DNA of 64,000 nucleotides from Ranitomeya imitator (taxonomy: Eukaryota). A program made the translations under genes and the position numbers. Each line of letters begins with the position of its first letter. Position 1 is the first letter of the stretch. Under the pieces are notes generated by a model. That model ran no database searches. It was not told where the DNA came from and saw only the letters and a program-made list of their open reading frames with translations. Shown in pieces: positions 1 through 11,583 of the stretch. The stretch lies in the NCBI RefSeq assembly GCF_032444005.1, contig NC_091286.1, positions 19,344,001-19,408,000 of the forward strand. Reading direction: 5' to 3'.

Positions 1-458
1 CTAGCTCCTCCTTCCATCTAGCTCCTCCCTCCTTCTAACTCCTCCCTCCTAGCTCCTCCCTTATATATCCTCCCTCCTTATAACTCTTCCCTTCTTCTAG
101 CTCCTCCCTCCTTCTAGCTCCTCCCTCCTTCTAGCTCCTCCCTCCTTCTAACACCTCCCTCCTTCTAGCTCCCCCTCCTTCTAGCTACTTCCTCCTTCTA
201 ACTCCTCCCACCTTCTAGCTCCTCCCTGATTCTAGCTCCTCCCTCCTAACACCTCCCTCCTTCTAACTCCTCCCTCCTAGCTCCCCCTCCTTCTAGCTCC
301 TCCCTCCTAACTCCTCCCTTCTTCTAGCTCCTCCCTCCTAACTCCTCCCTCCGTCTAACACCTCCCTCCGTCTAACACCTCCCTCTTTCTAACACCTCCC
401 TCCTTCTAACACCTCCCTCCTTCTAGCTCCTCCCTCCTTCGAACTCCTCCCTCCTTCG
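1..458. repeat. Pyrimidine-rich minisatellite, ~17 bp unit (CTAGCTCCTCCCTCCTT), truncated by window start
   Basis: Repeated ctagctcctccctcctt / ctaacacctccctcc variants from base 1 to ~458. Confidence 0.95.
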
Positions 459-488
459 TAGAATTTTAAAAGCACCAACTGCCATTTC

Positions 489-612
489 CTATCTCAGGAA
501 AGGGAAAGTCTGTTTTCTCTGAATTCAGATTTTACAGATTTTACCTGCAAATTTAGAGTGAACGATCCGTCCAGGAGGAGAAAGAAGCAGATTTCTCTGA
601 TAAGATCTATCA
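489..612 (+). promoter_or_regulatory. Candidate erythroid promoter remnant: three WGATAR sites upstream of the globin-like ATG
   Basis: CTATCT 489-494, TGATAA 598-603, CTATCA 607-612, ~80-200 bp upstream of ATG 691. Short motifs, so could be chance. Confidence 0.35.
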
Positions 613-690
613 CAACGTTTCTTATTTTCATGAGTACTATTGATTCATTAAAGATGAAGATGTTGGCTCACTGGTTAGTCCCTCATCCAC

Positions 691-782
691 ATGGTGGGAT
701 TATTTTGGGCTGTGAAACGCTTTGTGCAGTTGCAAGATGGCAGCATAATGCAGGAGAATGGGGTCCCATGGAGACCCCGACG
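691..782 (+). pseudogene. Globin-like exon 1 (degraded)
   Basis: ccacATGGTG start; gca gga gaa tgg ggt (AGEWG) at 750-764 in a shifted frame; donor CG|GTACGG at 782/783; 92 nt from ATG to donor. Confidence 0.5.
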
Positions 783-951
783 GTACGGCGACAAACAAGT
801 CCCAAAAAGTCGGAGCTAGTTAGATTTTGTGGTGACTTAGTTGCTGTGGTCATGGTACCCTAAGGGTCAATGTGGCCCCATTCACCTGCATTACACTGCG
901 ATGTGGCAGCAGTATAAAGAGACCTTTGGCGGCACGACCTGTGTATTCCAG

Positions 952-1129
952 CTCCGCACATGTGGCCCCCAACGTGGCACAGCACATGGAATGGAGACAT
1001 AGAGGTCCTATCTCAGCTAATGGACAGGCACGGCCCAAAGATCAGTATTCTCCAACTAGTGGTGAAACGGCAACTCACAGCACACCAGGACAGCCGCAGC
1101 AGAGCTTCAAGGGTCCGCCCCGGACACCG
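952..1129 (+). pseudogene. Globin-like exon 2 (degraded)
   Basis: Acceptor tgtattccAG ends 951. The frame containing codon 1029-1031 reads WPPTWHSTWNGDIEVLSQLMDRHGPKI...LTAHQDSRSRASRVRPGH, aligning to alpha-type YPxT...DLSxGSAQxxxHGxKV...LSALSDLHAYxLRVDPGN. Donor CCG|GTAACC at 1129/1130. About 25 nt shorter than a normal alpha exon 2. Confidence 0.58.
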
Positions 1130-1144
1130 GTAACCTTATATATG

Positions 1145-4100
1145 CCCCGACTGTATCAGTGCTGACCCCTGATTGTATCAGTGCTGACCCCCAATTGTAT
1201 CAGTGCTGACCCCCGACTGTATCAGTGCTGACCCCCGACTGTATCAGTGCTGACCCCCCATGGTATCAGTGCTGACCCCCAATTGTATCAGTGCTGACCC
1301 CCGACTGTATCAGTGCTGACCCCCGATTGTATCAGTGCTGACCCCTGATTGTATCAGTGCTGACCCCCCGATTGTATCAGTGCTGACCCCCGACTGTATC
1401 AGTGCTGACCCCCGATTGTATCAGTGCTGACCCCCCGATTGTATCAGTGCTGACCCCCCGATTGTATCAGTGCTGACCCCGATTGTATCAGTGCTGACCC
1501 CCCGATTGTATCAGTGCTGAGCCACCCGATTGTATCAGTGCTGAGCCCCCGACTGTATCAGTGCTGACCTCCGATTGTATCAGTGCTGACCCCCCGATTG
1601 TATCAGTGCTGAGCCCCCGATTGTATCAGTGCTGACCCCCCGATTGTATCAGTGCTGAGCCCCCATTGTATCAGTGCTGAGCCCCCGATTGTATCAGTGC
1701 TGAGCCCCCATTGTATCATTGCTGAGCCCCCAACTGTATCAGGGCTGACCCCTGATCGTATCAGTGCTGACCCCGATTGTATCAGTGCTGAGCCCCCGAC
1801 TGTATCAGTGCTGACCCCTGATTGTATCTGTGCTGACCCCCCAAAGTATCAGTGCTGACCCCCAGATCATATCAGTGCTGACCCCCCGATTGTATCAGTG
1901 CTGACCCCCCGACTGTATCTGTGCTGACCCCCCATAGTATCAGTGCTGAGCCCCCGACTGTATCAGTGCTGACCCCTGATTGTATCTGTGCTGACCCCCC
2001 ATAGTATCAGTGCTGACCCCCGATCATATCAGTGCTGACCCCCCGATTGTATCAGTGCTGACCCCCCGACTGTATCTGTGCTGACCCCCCATAGTATCAG
2101 TGCTGAGCCCCCGACTGTATCAGTGCTGACCCCCGATTGTATCAGTGCTGACCCCCCGACTGTATCTGTGCTGACCCCCCATAGTATCAGTGCTGAGCCC
2201 CCGACTGTATCAGTGCTGACCCCTGATTGTATCTGTGCTGACCCCCCATAGTATCAGTGCTGACCCCCGATCATATCAGTGCTGACCCCCCGATTGTATC
2301 AGTGCTGACCCCCCGACTGTATCTGTGCTGACCCCCCATAGTATCAGTGCTGAGCCCCCGACTGTATCAGTGCTGACCCCCGATTGTATCAGTGCTGACC
2401 CCCCGACTGTATCAGTGCTGACCCCCCCCGACTGTATCAGTGTTGACCCCTGATTGTATCAGTGCTGACCCCCCATTGTATCAGTGCTGACACCCGATTG
2501 TATCAGTGCTGACCCCCCACTGTATCAGTGCAGACCCCTGATTGTATCAGTGCTGACCCCCGATTGCATCAGTGCAGACCCCCGATTGTATCAGTGCTGA
2601 CCCCCCATTGTATCAGTGCAGACCCCTGATTGTATCAGTGCTGACCCCCGATTGTATCAGTGCTGACCCCCGATTGTATCAGTGCAGACCCCTGATTGTA
2701 TCAGTGCTGACCCCCGATTGTATCAGTGCAGACCCCTGATTGTATCAGTGCTGACCCCCGATTGTATCAGTGCAGACCCCTGATTGTATCAGTGCAGACC
2801 CCTGATTGTATCAGTGCTGACCCCCGATTGCATCAGTGCAGACCCCCGATTGTATCAGTGCTGACCCCCCATTGTATCAGTGCTGATCCCCGATTGTATC
2901 AGTGCTGACCCCCGATTGTATCAGTGCTGACCCCCGATTGTATCAGTGTTGACCCCCCGATTGTATCAGTGCTGACCCCTGATTGTATCAGTGCTGACCC
3001 CTGATTGTATCAGTGCTGACCCCCCGATTGTATCAGTGCAGACCCCTGATTGTATCAGTGCTGACCCCCCGATTGTATCAGTGCTGAGCCCCCATTGTAT
3101 CAGTGCTGAGCCCCCGATTGTATCAGTGCTGAGCCCCCATTGTATCATTGCTGAGCCCCCAACTGTATCAGGGCTGACCCCTGATCGTATCAGTGCTGAC
3201 CCCGATTGTATCAGTGCTGAGCCCCCGACTGTATCAGTGCTGACCCCTGATTGTATCTGTGCTGACCCCCCAAAGTATCAGTGCTGACCCCCAGATCATA
3301 TCAGTGCTGACCCCCCGATTGTATCAGTGCTGACCCCCCGACTGTATCTGTGCTGACCCCCCATAGTATCAGTGCTGAGCCCCCGACTGTATCAGTGCTG
3401 ACCCCTGATTGTATCTGTGCTGACCCCCCATAGTATCAGTGCTGACCCCCGATCATATCAGTGCTGACCCCCCGATTGTATCAGTGCTGACCCCCCGACT
3501 GTATCTGTGCTGACCCCCCATAGTATCAGTGCTGAGCCCCCGACTGTATCAGTGCTGACCCCCGATTGTATCAGTGCTGACCCCCCGACTGTATCTGTGC
3601 TGACCCCCCATAGTATCAGTGCTGAGCCCCCGACTGTATCAGTGCTGACCCCTGATTGTATCTGTGCTGACCCCCCATAGTATCAGTGCTGACCCCCGAT
3701 CATATCAGTGCTGACCCCCCGATTGTATCAGTGCTGACCCCCCGACTGTATCTGTGCTGACCCCCCATAGTATCAGTGCTGAGCCCCCGACTGTATCAGT
3801 GCTGACCCCCGATTGTATCAGTGCTGACCCCCCGACTGTATCAGTGCTGACCCCCCCCGACTGTATCAGTGTTGACCCCTGATTGTATCAGTGCTGACCC
3901 CCCATTGTATCAGTGCTGACACCCGATTGTATCAGTGCTGACCCCCCACTGTATCAGTGCAGACCCCTGATTGTATCAGTGCTGACCCCCGATTGCATCA
4001 GTGCAGACCCCCGATTGTATCAGTGCTGACCCCCCATTGTATCAGTGCAGACCCCTGATTGTATCAGTGCTGACCCCCGATTGTATCAGTGCTGACCCCC

Positions 4101-6700
4101 GATTGTATCAGTGCAGACCCCTGATTGTATCAGTGCTGACCCCCGATTGTATCAGTGCAGACCCCTGATTGTATCAGTGCTGACCCCCGATTGTATCAGT
4201 GCAGACCCCTGATTGTATCAGTGCAGACCCCTGATTGTATCAGTGCTGACCCCCGATTGCATCAGTGCAGACCCCCGATTGTATCAGTGCTGACCCCCCA
4301 TTGTATCAGTGCTGATCCCCGATTGTATCAGTGCTGACCCCCGATTGTATCAGTGCTGACCCCCGATTGTATCAGTGTTGACCCCCCGATTGTATCAGTG
4401 CTGACCCCTGATTGTATCAGTGCTGACCCCTGATTGTATCAGTGCTGACCCCCCGATTGTATCAGTGCAGACCCCTGATTGTATCAGTGCTGACCCCTAA
4501 GTGTATCAGTGCTGACCCCCGATTGTATCAGTGCAGACCCCCGATTGTATCAGTGCTGACCCCTGATTGTATCAGTGCTGACCCCCGATTGTATCAGTGC
4601 TGACCCCCCGATTGTATCAGTGCTGACCCCCGATTGTATCAGTGCTGACCCCTGATTGTATCAGTGCTGACCCCCGATTGTATCAGTGCTGACCCCCCGA
4701 TTGTATCAGTGCTGACCCCTGATTGTATCAGTGCTGACCCCCCGATTGTATCAGTGCTGACCCCTGATTGTATCAGTGCTGACCCCCGATTGTATCAGTG
4801 CTGACCCCCCGATTGTATCAGTGCTGACCCCCGATTGTATCAGTGCTGACCCCCGATTGTATCAGTGCTGACCCCCGATTGTATCAGTGCAGACCCCCGA
4901 TTGTATCAGTGCTGACCCCCGATTGTATCAGTGCTGACCCCCCGATTGTATCAGTGCTGAACCCTAAGTGTATCAGTGCTGACCCCCCGATTGTATCAGT
5001 GCTGACACCCGATTGTATCAGTGCTGAGCCCCCGACTGTATCAGTGCTGACCCCCCGACTGTATCAGTGTTGACCCCCGATTGTATCAGTGCTGACCCCC
5101 CGATTGTATCAGTGCTGACCCCTGATTGTATCAGTGCAGACCCCCGATTGTATCAGTGCTGACCCCTGATTGTATCAGTGCTGACCCCCCGATTGTATCA
5201 GTGCTGACCCCCGATTGTATCAGTGCTGACCCCCGACTGTATCAGTGCTGACCCCCGATTGTATCAGTGCTGACCCCCGACTGTATCAGTGCTGACCCCC
5301 CGATCGTATCAGTGCTGACCCCCGACTGTATCAGTGCTGACCCCCCGATCGTATCAGTGCTGACCCCCCGATCGTATCAGTGCTGACCCCTGATTGTATC
5401 AGTGCTGACCCCCGATTGTATCAGTGCTGACCCCCGATTGTATCAGTGCTGACCCCCGATTGTATCAGTGCAGACCCCCGATTGTATCAGTGCTGACCCC
5501 TGATTGTATCAGTGCTGACCCCCGATTGTATCAGTGCTGACCCCTGATTGTATCAGTGCTGACCCCCGATTGTATCAGTGCTGACCCCCGATTGTATCAG
5601 TGCAGACCCCCGATTGTATCAGTGCTGACCCCTGATTGTATCAGTGCTGACCCCCGATTGTATCAGTGCTGACCCCCCGATTGTATCAGTGCTGAACCCT
5701 AAGTGTATCAGTGCTGACCCCCGATTGTATCAGTGCTGACCCCTGATTGTATCAGTGCAGACCCCCGATTGTATCAGTGCTGACCCCTGATTGTATCAGT
5801 GCTGACCCCCCGATTGTATCAGTGCTGACCCCCGACTGTATCAGTGCTGACCCCCGATTGTATCAGTGCTGACCCCCGACTGTATCAGTGCTGACCCCCC
5901 GATCGTATCAGTGCTGACCCCCCGATCGTATCAGTGCTGACCCCTGATCGTATCAGTGCTGACCCCCGATTGTATCAGTGCTGACCCCCGATTGTATCAG
6001 TGCTGACCCCCGACTGTATCAGTGCTGACCCCCGATTGTATCAGTGCTGACCCCCGATTGTATCAGTGCTGACCCCCGATTGTATCAGTGCAGACCCCCG
6101 ATTGTATCAGTGCTGACCCCTGATTGTATCAGTGCTGACCCCTGATTGTATCAGTGCTGACCCCCGATTGTATCAGTGCTGACCCCTGATTGTATCAGTG
6201 CTGACCCCCGATTGTATCAGTGCTGACCCCCCGATTGTATCAGTGCTGAACCCTAAGTGTATCAGTGCTGACCCCCGATTGTATCAGTGCTGACCCCTGA
6301 TTGTATCAGTGCAGACCCCCGATTGTATCAGTGCTGACCCCTGATTGTATCAGTGCTGACCCCCCGATTGTATCAGTGCTGACCCCCGATTGTATCAGTG
6401 CTGACCCCCGATTGTATCAGTGCTGACCCCCCGATTGTATCAGTGCTGACCCCCGATTGTATCAGTGCTGACCCCCCATTGTATCAGTGCTGACCCCCGA
6501 TTGTATCAGTGCTGACCCCCGACTGTATCAGTGCTGACCCCCGATCGTATCAGTGCTGACCCCCGACTGTATCAGTGCTGACCCCCGATCGTATCAGTGC
6601 TGACCCCCGACTGTATCAGTGCTGACCCCCCGATTGTATCAGTGCTGACCCCCGATTGTATCAGTGCTGACCCCCGATTGTATCAGTGCTGACCCCCGAT
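1145..6700. repeat. Large minisatellite (~5.55 kb, ~260 copies of 21-22 bp GCTGACCCC(C)CGATTGTATCAGT) filling globin intron 2
   Basis: Directly visible tandem array with variable C-run length and diagnostic variant units. Confidence 0.99.
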
Positions 6701-6714
6701 CTTCTTCCTTCCAG

Positions 6715-6828
6715 CTCCTCGGAGCCGCCATCCAGGAGGTTCTCGCCGCTCGTTATCCCGCAGACTTCCACCAAGCCGCCTGGGAGAAGTTCCTTAACGA
6801 GGCTTCTGGAATCATGGTCACCGGCTAA
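6715..6828 (+). CDS. Globin exon 3 (G-H helices): LLGAAIQEVLAARYPADFHQAAWEKFLNEASGIMVTG*
   Basis: Polypyrimidine acceptor cttcttccttcCAG ends 6714. Phase-0 start at LL, as in Hb exon 3. Resembles LLSHxIQVxLAxHFPxEFxxxxHAAWDKFL, with a ~3-residue gap at the GH/H start and no terminal Tyr. TAA at 6826-6828. Confidence 0.85.
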   Translation, partial: LLGAAIQEVLAARYPADFHQAAWEKFLNEASGIMVTG

Positions 6829-7026
6829 TCTCTGAAGACCCCGCTGGGATATTGGTCCAAGTCACGACGTCGTCTGTCCGATCCTTAGATTCTCCATCCT
6901 GACCCGGTGACCCCCCATCCACAGAGTAACCTGCCGAGGACTTACCCCCTGCGTCCTCCTGTTAGAGACTCCTGAGCCGGAATAAGCAAGGGTTAATTAT
7001 TAATGTACTTTGTTTTTTTGTTGAAA

Positions 7027-7032
7027 AATAAA
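7027..7032 (+). terminator. Candidate poly(A) signal AATAAA of the globin-like gene
   Basis: AATAAA ~200 nt after the stop codon. Confidence 0.45.
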
Positions 7033-9001
7033 ATTACATTACAAAATTTGCAGAAGAGGAGACGTTTTTGTGACCCGCAGCGGAGCCAATACTGCACGGC
7101 CAAGATCTTTATCACATGCTCTTATCATGGACGATGAGGGGTCTCCTTGTGGAGAGAGAGCTGGTCGGCGTCTTTACAACGGTCGTCTCCAACCTGTGGT
7201 TCTGCAGCTTTGGCAAAACTACAAATCCCAGCAAGCCCCAACAGATATGAGTTGTGGTTCTGAAAAAGCCGTAGGACAATGGGTTGGAGAGGCTGCTGCG
7301 GAGCAAGGCTTCCTGGGAAAAGTATGCAAATGAGCTCCTTACTAAGCAGAAAGTCTAGTGCCACCTAGTGGCCGGAGGCATAAAGACCTCATGAGATGTA
7401 TGGGGCACAGTGCAGACTGCACCATATTGTGCTGCACTGAACGCGGGCATCACACATGGCGGTGCCAAACGCTCCACTTTGGCTAATGGAGGGCGATGTT
7501 ACTTTATTTGCCAACTTTACCGAGGACCTGATTCATTGTTGCATTTGCCATTTTTTGTCTTTTTGGTGTTTTTTACTTTGCGCCAAATTCTTTTAAAGAG
7601 CATTTTTCATTCTCCTTTGTACGCCTTCACCAACGCCGGCATCTGCTTTTTTTTCAGCTAATTAATCAATTGTGACTTTTTAAAAAGCTGCAAAACACTG
7701 AAGTAAAATACTGACCAAATACTGATAGTGTGAACGAGGCCTGAAGATACTTTCCCAAAATTAGTTTTTTACACTGCGTATTTTTTTTTTAAAAAAAACT
7801 GCTAGAAACCTATTTTACTTAACAGGTGAAGAAAATCTGCAACATCAAAAACTCACCAAAAATTAATCGTGGGAACGTGGGTCATCCGAAAAAATCATTC
7901 CGATTATGCTAATCGCAGACTGATCAGCGTTGGATCATAGTGTGCGCCAATCTTCTCAGAAGTGGAGAAAAAAAAAAAGGTTTCTCCATCTTCTCCATAG
8001 TGTCAGTCTGTGAAAATCAGATGTCACCCGGGTGCGGTCTGATGTTTTCTCCGAACCCACAGACCTGATTTTGGGGTTTCAAGTTTCTTTGAAAAGTTGC
8101 AAAAGTTGGTGCAAATTTTTTAAATAAAGTTTGAGCTATTTGTTTTTTATTTTTTGCAAATTGTGCAACTTTTGGAGTTAAAAAATCACAAAACAGGAGA
8201 AAGGCAACATTATATAATTTTTTTTTTATTTTGCGCAAAATCCATAAACCACGTGATTCATCTTGAAGAACAAAACAACATCAAAGAATACCAAAAAATG
8301 GAAAATGACTTAAAAAATACAAAAATAGAAAATGACTTTCAAATATACAAGTGACGAATCAGGCGCAAGTTGCAGGATTGCCCTGACCCTCTGTGGGTTA
8401 ATTTTAATTATCTGCTTGCAGGACCAAGCCCCGGGCTTTGGTATTAAGGACAGGTTCACACAGGGATTTAGTAACAGAAATTCTGTAAAATCCTCCTCTA
8501 AAAATCCTTCAAAACCGCTTGGAAATATCTGTGAGCGATTCGGTTTGCTGCTTGCATGAGGAGTTTTTTTTTTTAGCTCTTTTCTTTCCCTGAAGATATT
8601 TAAAAAAAAACGACTGGTGAAAAAAATAATGCATCTCACCCCTCTCAAGCAGATCATGATGGAATCCGCTCCAAATTGTCCAATCAAAAGGCTGCAAAAA
8701 CCTATTCAAGAATAGTAAAAAAAAACTCTTCCAAAACTCTTCAGCAAAATGAAAAAAACTCCAAAAAACTCAGCAGAAAAATAACGTTTCCAGAAGCGGA
8801 TTCAGCTTGAAAATCTATGCACATACCAAAGTTTTTCAGGAGTTAAAAAAAATTATACGTTTTTTAAGCATTCCAGAAATGGTTCTTTTTTTATGGGGAG
8901 AAGTCATGTATTTTACCGTTTTTGAAGAAAATTGAGTGGTTTTATTTTGTTTTTACAGTTTTTTTGATTGGGCGATGCCTACTTTGGAAAAGTTTTATTT
9001 A

Positions 9002-9240
9002 GGCCGGCTTCACACTCAGCGTATTAAAATACGGTCCGTATATTACGGCCGTAATACGCTGAAATGTCCCGAAAATAGTGGTCCGTAGCTCCTCCGTAGG
9101 CAGGGTGTGTCAGCGTTTTTTGCGCATGGCATCCTCCGTATGTAATCCGTATGTCATCCGTACTGCGTGGTTTTCTCGCAGGCTTGCAAAACCAACATAC
9201 CGCTATAGAAGTGATCCATGTGTCCCAAAAAGAAAAAAAA

Positions 9241-9279
<39 letters not shown>

Positions 9280-11165
9280 TGTCAGTAGACACATATATGT
9301 ATAAATATTAATATTTTTTCCAGCGCTATACAGCTTGAAAGCCGGTAATTCAATTACCGGCTTTTTCCTTCTCCTTCCTAAAACCCGACATGATTTGAGA
9401 CATGGTTTACATACAGTAAACCATGTCTTCTCTCCATTTTTTTTGCAGATTCCACACTACTAATGTCAGTAGTGTGTATCTGCAAAATTTGGCCGTTCTA
9501 GCTCTTAAAATAAAGGGTTAAATGGCGGAAAAAATTGGCGTGGGCTCCCGCGCAATTTTCTCCACCAGAGTAGTAAAGCCAGTGACTGAGGGCAGATATT
9601 AATAGCCTGGAGAGGGTCCACGGTTATTGGCCCCCCCCCTGGCTAAATATATCTGCCCCCAGCCACCCCAGAACAGGCACATCTGGAAGATGCGCCTATT
9701 CTGGCACTTGGCCACTCTCTTCCCATTCCCGTGTAGCGGTGGGATATGGGGTAATGAAGGGTTAATGCCACCTTGCTATTGTAAGGTGACATTAAGCCTA
9801 ATTAATAATGGAGAGGCGTCAATTATGACACCTATCCATTATTAATCCAATACTAGTAAAGGGTTAAATAAAACACAAACACATTTTTTAAAATTATTTT
9901 AATGAAATAAAAACAATGGTTGTTGCAGTATTTTATTCAACGCCCAATCCAGTCACTGAAGACCCTCGTTCTGTGAGTAAAAAAACATAATAAACCAACA
10001 ATATACTTACCCTCCGCAGATCTGTAACGTCCAACGATGTAAATCCTTCTGAAGGGGTTAAAACATTTTGCAGCAAGGAGCTGTGCTAATGCAGGCTACT
10101 CCTCGCTGCAAAACCCCAGGGAATGAGGCTAAAAATAGATCAATGATCTATATTTAGCTTCATTTGCGGTGAGGCGCCCTCTGCTGGCTGTTCATAGATC
10201 GTGGGAAATTACCTAGAAAGCCAGGGAGCTTTCTAGTTAATTTCCCACGATCTATGAACAGCCAGCAGAGGGCGCCTCACCGCAAATGAAGCTAAATATA
10301 GATCATTGATCTATTTTTAGCCTCATTCCCTGGGGTTTTGCAGCGAGGAGCAGCCTGCATTAGCACAGCTCCTTGCTGCAAAATGTTTTAACCCCTTCAG
10401 AAGGATTTACATCGTTGGACGTTACAGATCTGCGGAGGGTAAGTATATTGTTGGTTTATTATGTTTTTTTACTCACAGAACGAGGGTCTTCAGTGACTGG
10501 ATTGGGCGTTGAATAAAATACTGCAACAACCATTGTTTTTATTTCATTAAAATAATTTTAAAAAATGTGTTTGTGTTTTATTTAACCCTTTACTAGTATT
10601 GGATTAATAATGGATAGGTGTCATAATTGACGCCTCTCCATTATTAATTAGGCTTAATGTCACCTTACAATAGCAAGGTGGCATTAACCCTTCATTACCC
10701 CATATCCCACCGCTACACGGGAATGGGAAGAGAGTGGCCAAGTGCCAGAATAGGCGCATCTTCCAGATGTGCCTTTTCTGGGGTGGCTGGGGGCAGATAT
10801 TTTTAGCCAGGGGGGGGCCAATAACCGTGGACCCTCTCCAGGCTATTAATATCTGCCCTCAGTCACTGGCTTTACTACTCTGGCGGAGAAAATTGCGCGG
10901 GAGCCCACGCCAATTTTTTCCGCCATTTAACCCTTTATTTTAAGAGCTAGAACGGCCAAATTTTGCAGATACACACTACTGACATTAGTAGTGTGGAATC
11001 TGCAAAAAAAATGGAGAGAAGACATGGTTTACTGTATGTAAACCATGTCTCAAATCATGTTGGGTTTTAGGAAGGAGAAGGAAAAAGCCGGTAATTGAAT
11101 TACCGGCTTTCAAGCTGTATAGCGCTGGAATAAATATTAATATATATACATATATGTGTCTCACT

Positions 11166-11204
<39 letters not shown>

Positions 11205-11580
11205 ATTCTATGTGTACACATTTATTCTACCTATTCTACTGTAAGCTGTCAGTGTGATTTTACTGTACACCGCACTGAATTACCGGCTTTTCTCTCTAAC
11301 AGCGCTGCGTATTTCTCACAAGTCACACTGCTTGTCCGTGTGTAATCCGTATTTTTCACGCTTCCATAGACTTTCATTGGCGTATTTCTTGCGCAGTACG
11401 GTGACAAACGCAGCATGCTGCGATTTTGTACGGCCGTAGAAAGCCGTATAATACTGATCAGTAAAATGCGGCAAATAGGAGCAGGGGCATAGAGAATAAT
11501 TGTGCCGTATTTTTTGCGAGTTTTACGGACGTAGATTCTGCGCTCTTACGTCCGTAAAACTCGCATGTGTGACGGCGGCC
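9002..11580. mobile_element. Non-autonomous PIF/Harbinger-like element containing a ~1.9 kb internal palindrome
   Basis: Termini GGCCGGCTTCACAC / GTGTGACGGCGGCC, flanks TTA / TCA; arms ~9270-10220 and ~10230-11170 are near-perfect inverted copies. Confidence 0.8.
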
Positions 11581-11583
11581 TCA

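Larger units (their letters stand above)
691..6828 (+). pseudogene. Alpha-like haemoglobin pseudogene (or extremely divergent globin), 3 exons / 2 introns
   Basis: Exon 3 is clearly globin G-H helix. Exon 2 has P-x-T, D, S, HGPKI and RVxPG at globin spacing. Exon 1 has AGEWG (cf. alpha AGEYG). GT-AG introns fall at phase 2 (splitting an Arg codon, CG|C) and phase 0, as at the canonical globin B12.2 and G7.0 introns. Pro to distal His spacing is 21 codons (alpha-type, no D helix). Homologous frames are broken by indels, CD1 Phe is absent and the F8 His position reads CGC (Arg). Confidence 0.72.

Noticed and set aside
913-918. TATAAA as a promoter for ORF 872-1165
   Set aside because: It lies downstream of that ORF's start and inside the inferred globin intron 1 (783-951)
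1145-6700. CRISPR-like appearance and the repetitive ORFs (…PDCISADP…) in the array
   Set aside because: Units are contiguous with no unique spacers, the context is eukaryotic, and the ORFs are translation artefacts of the repeat
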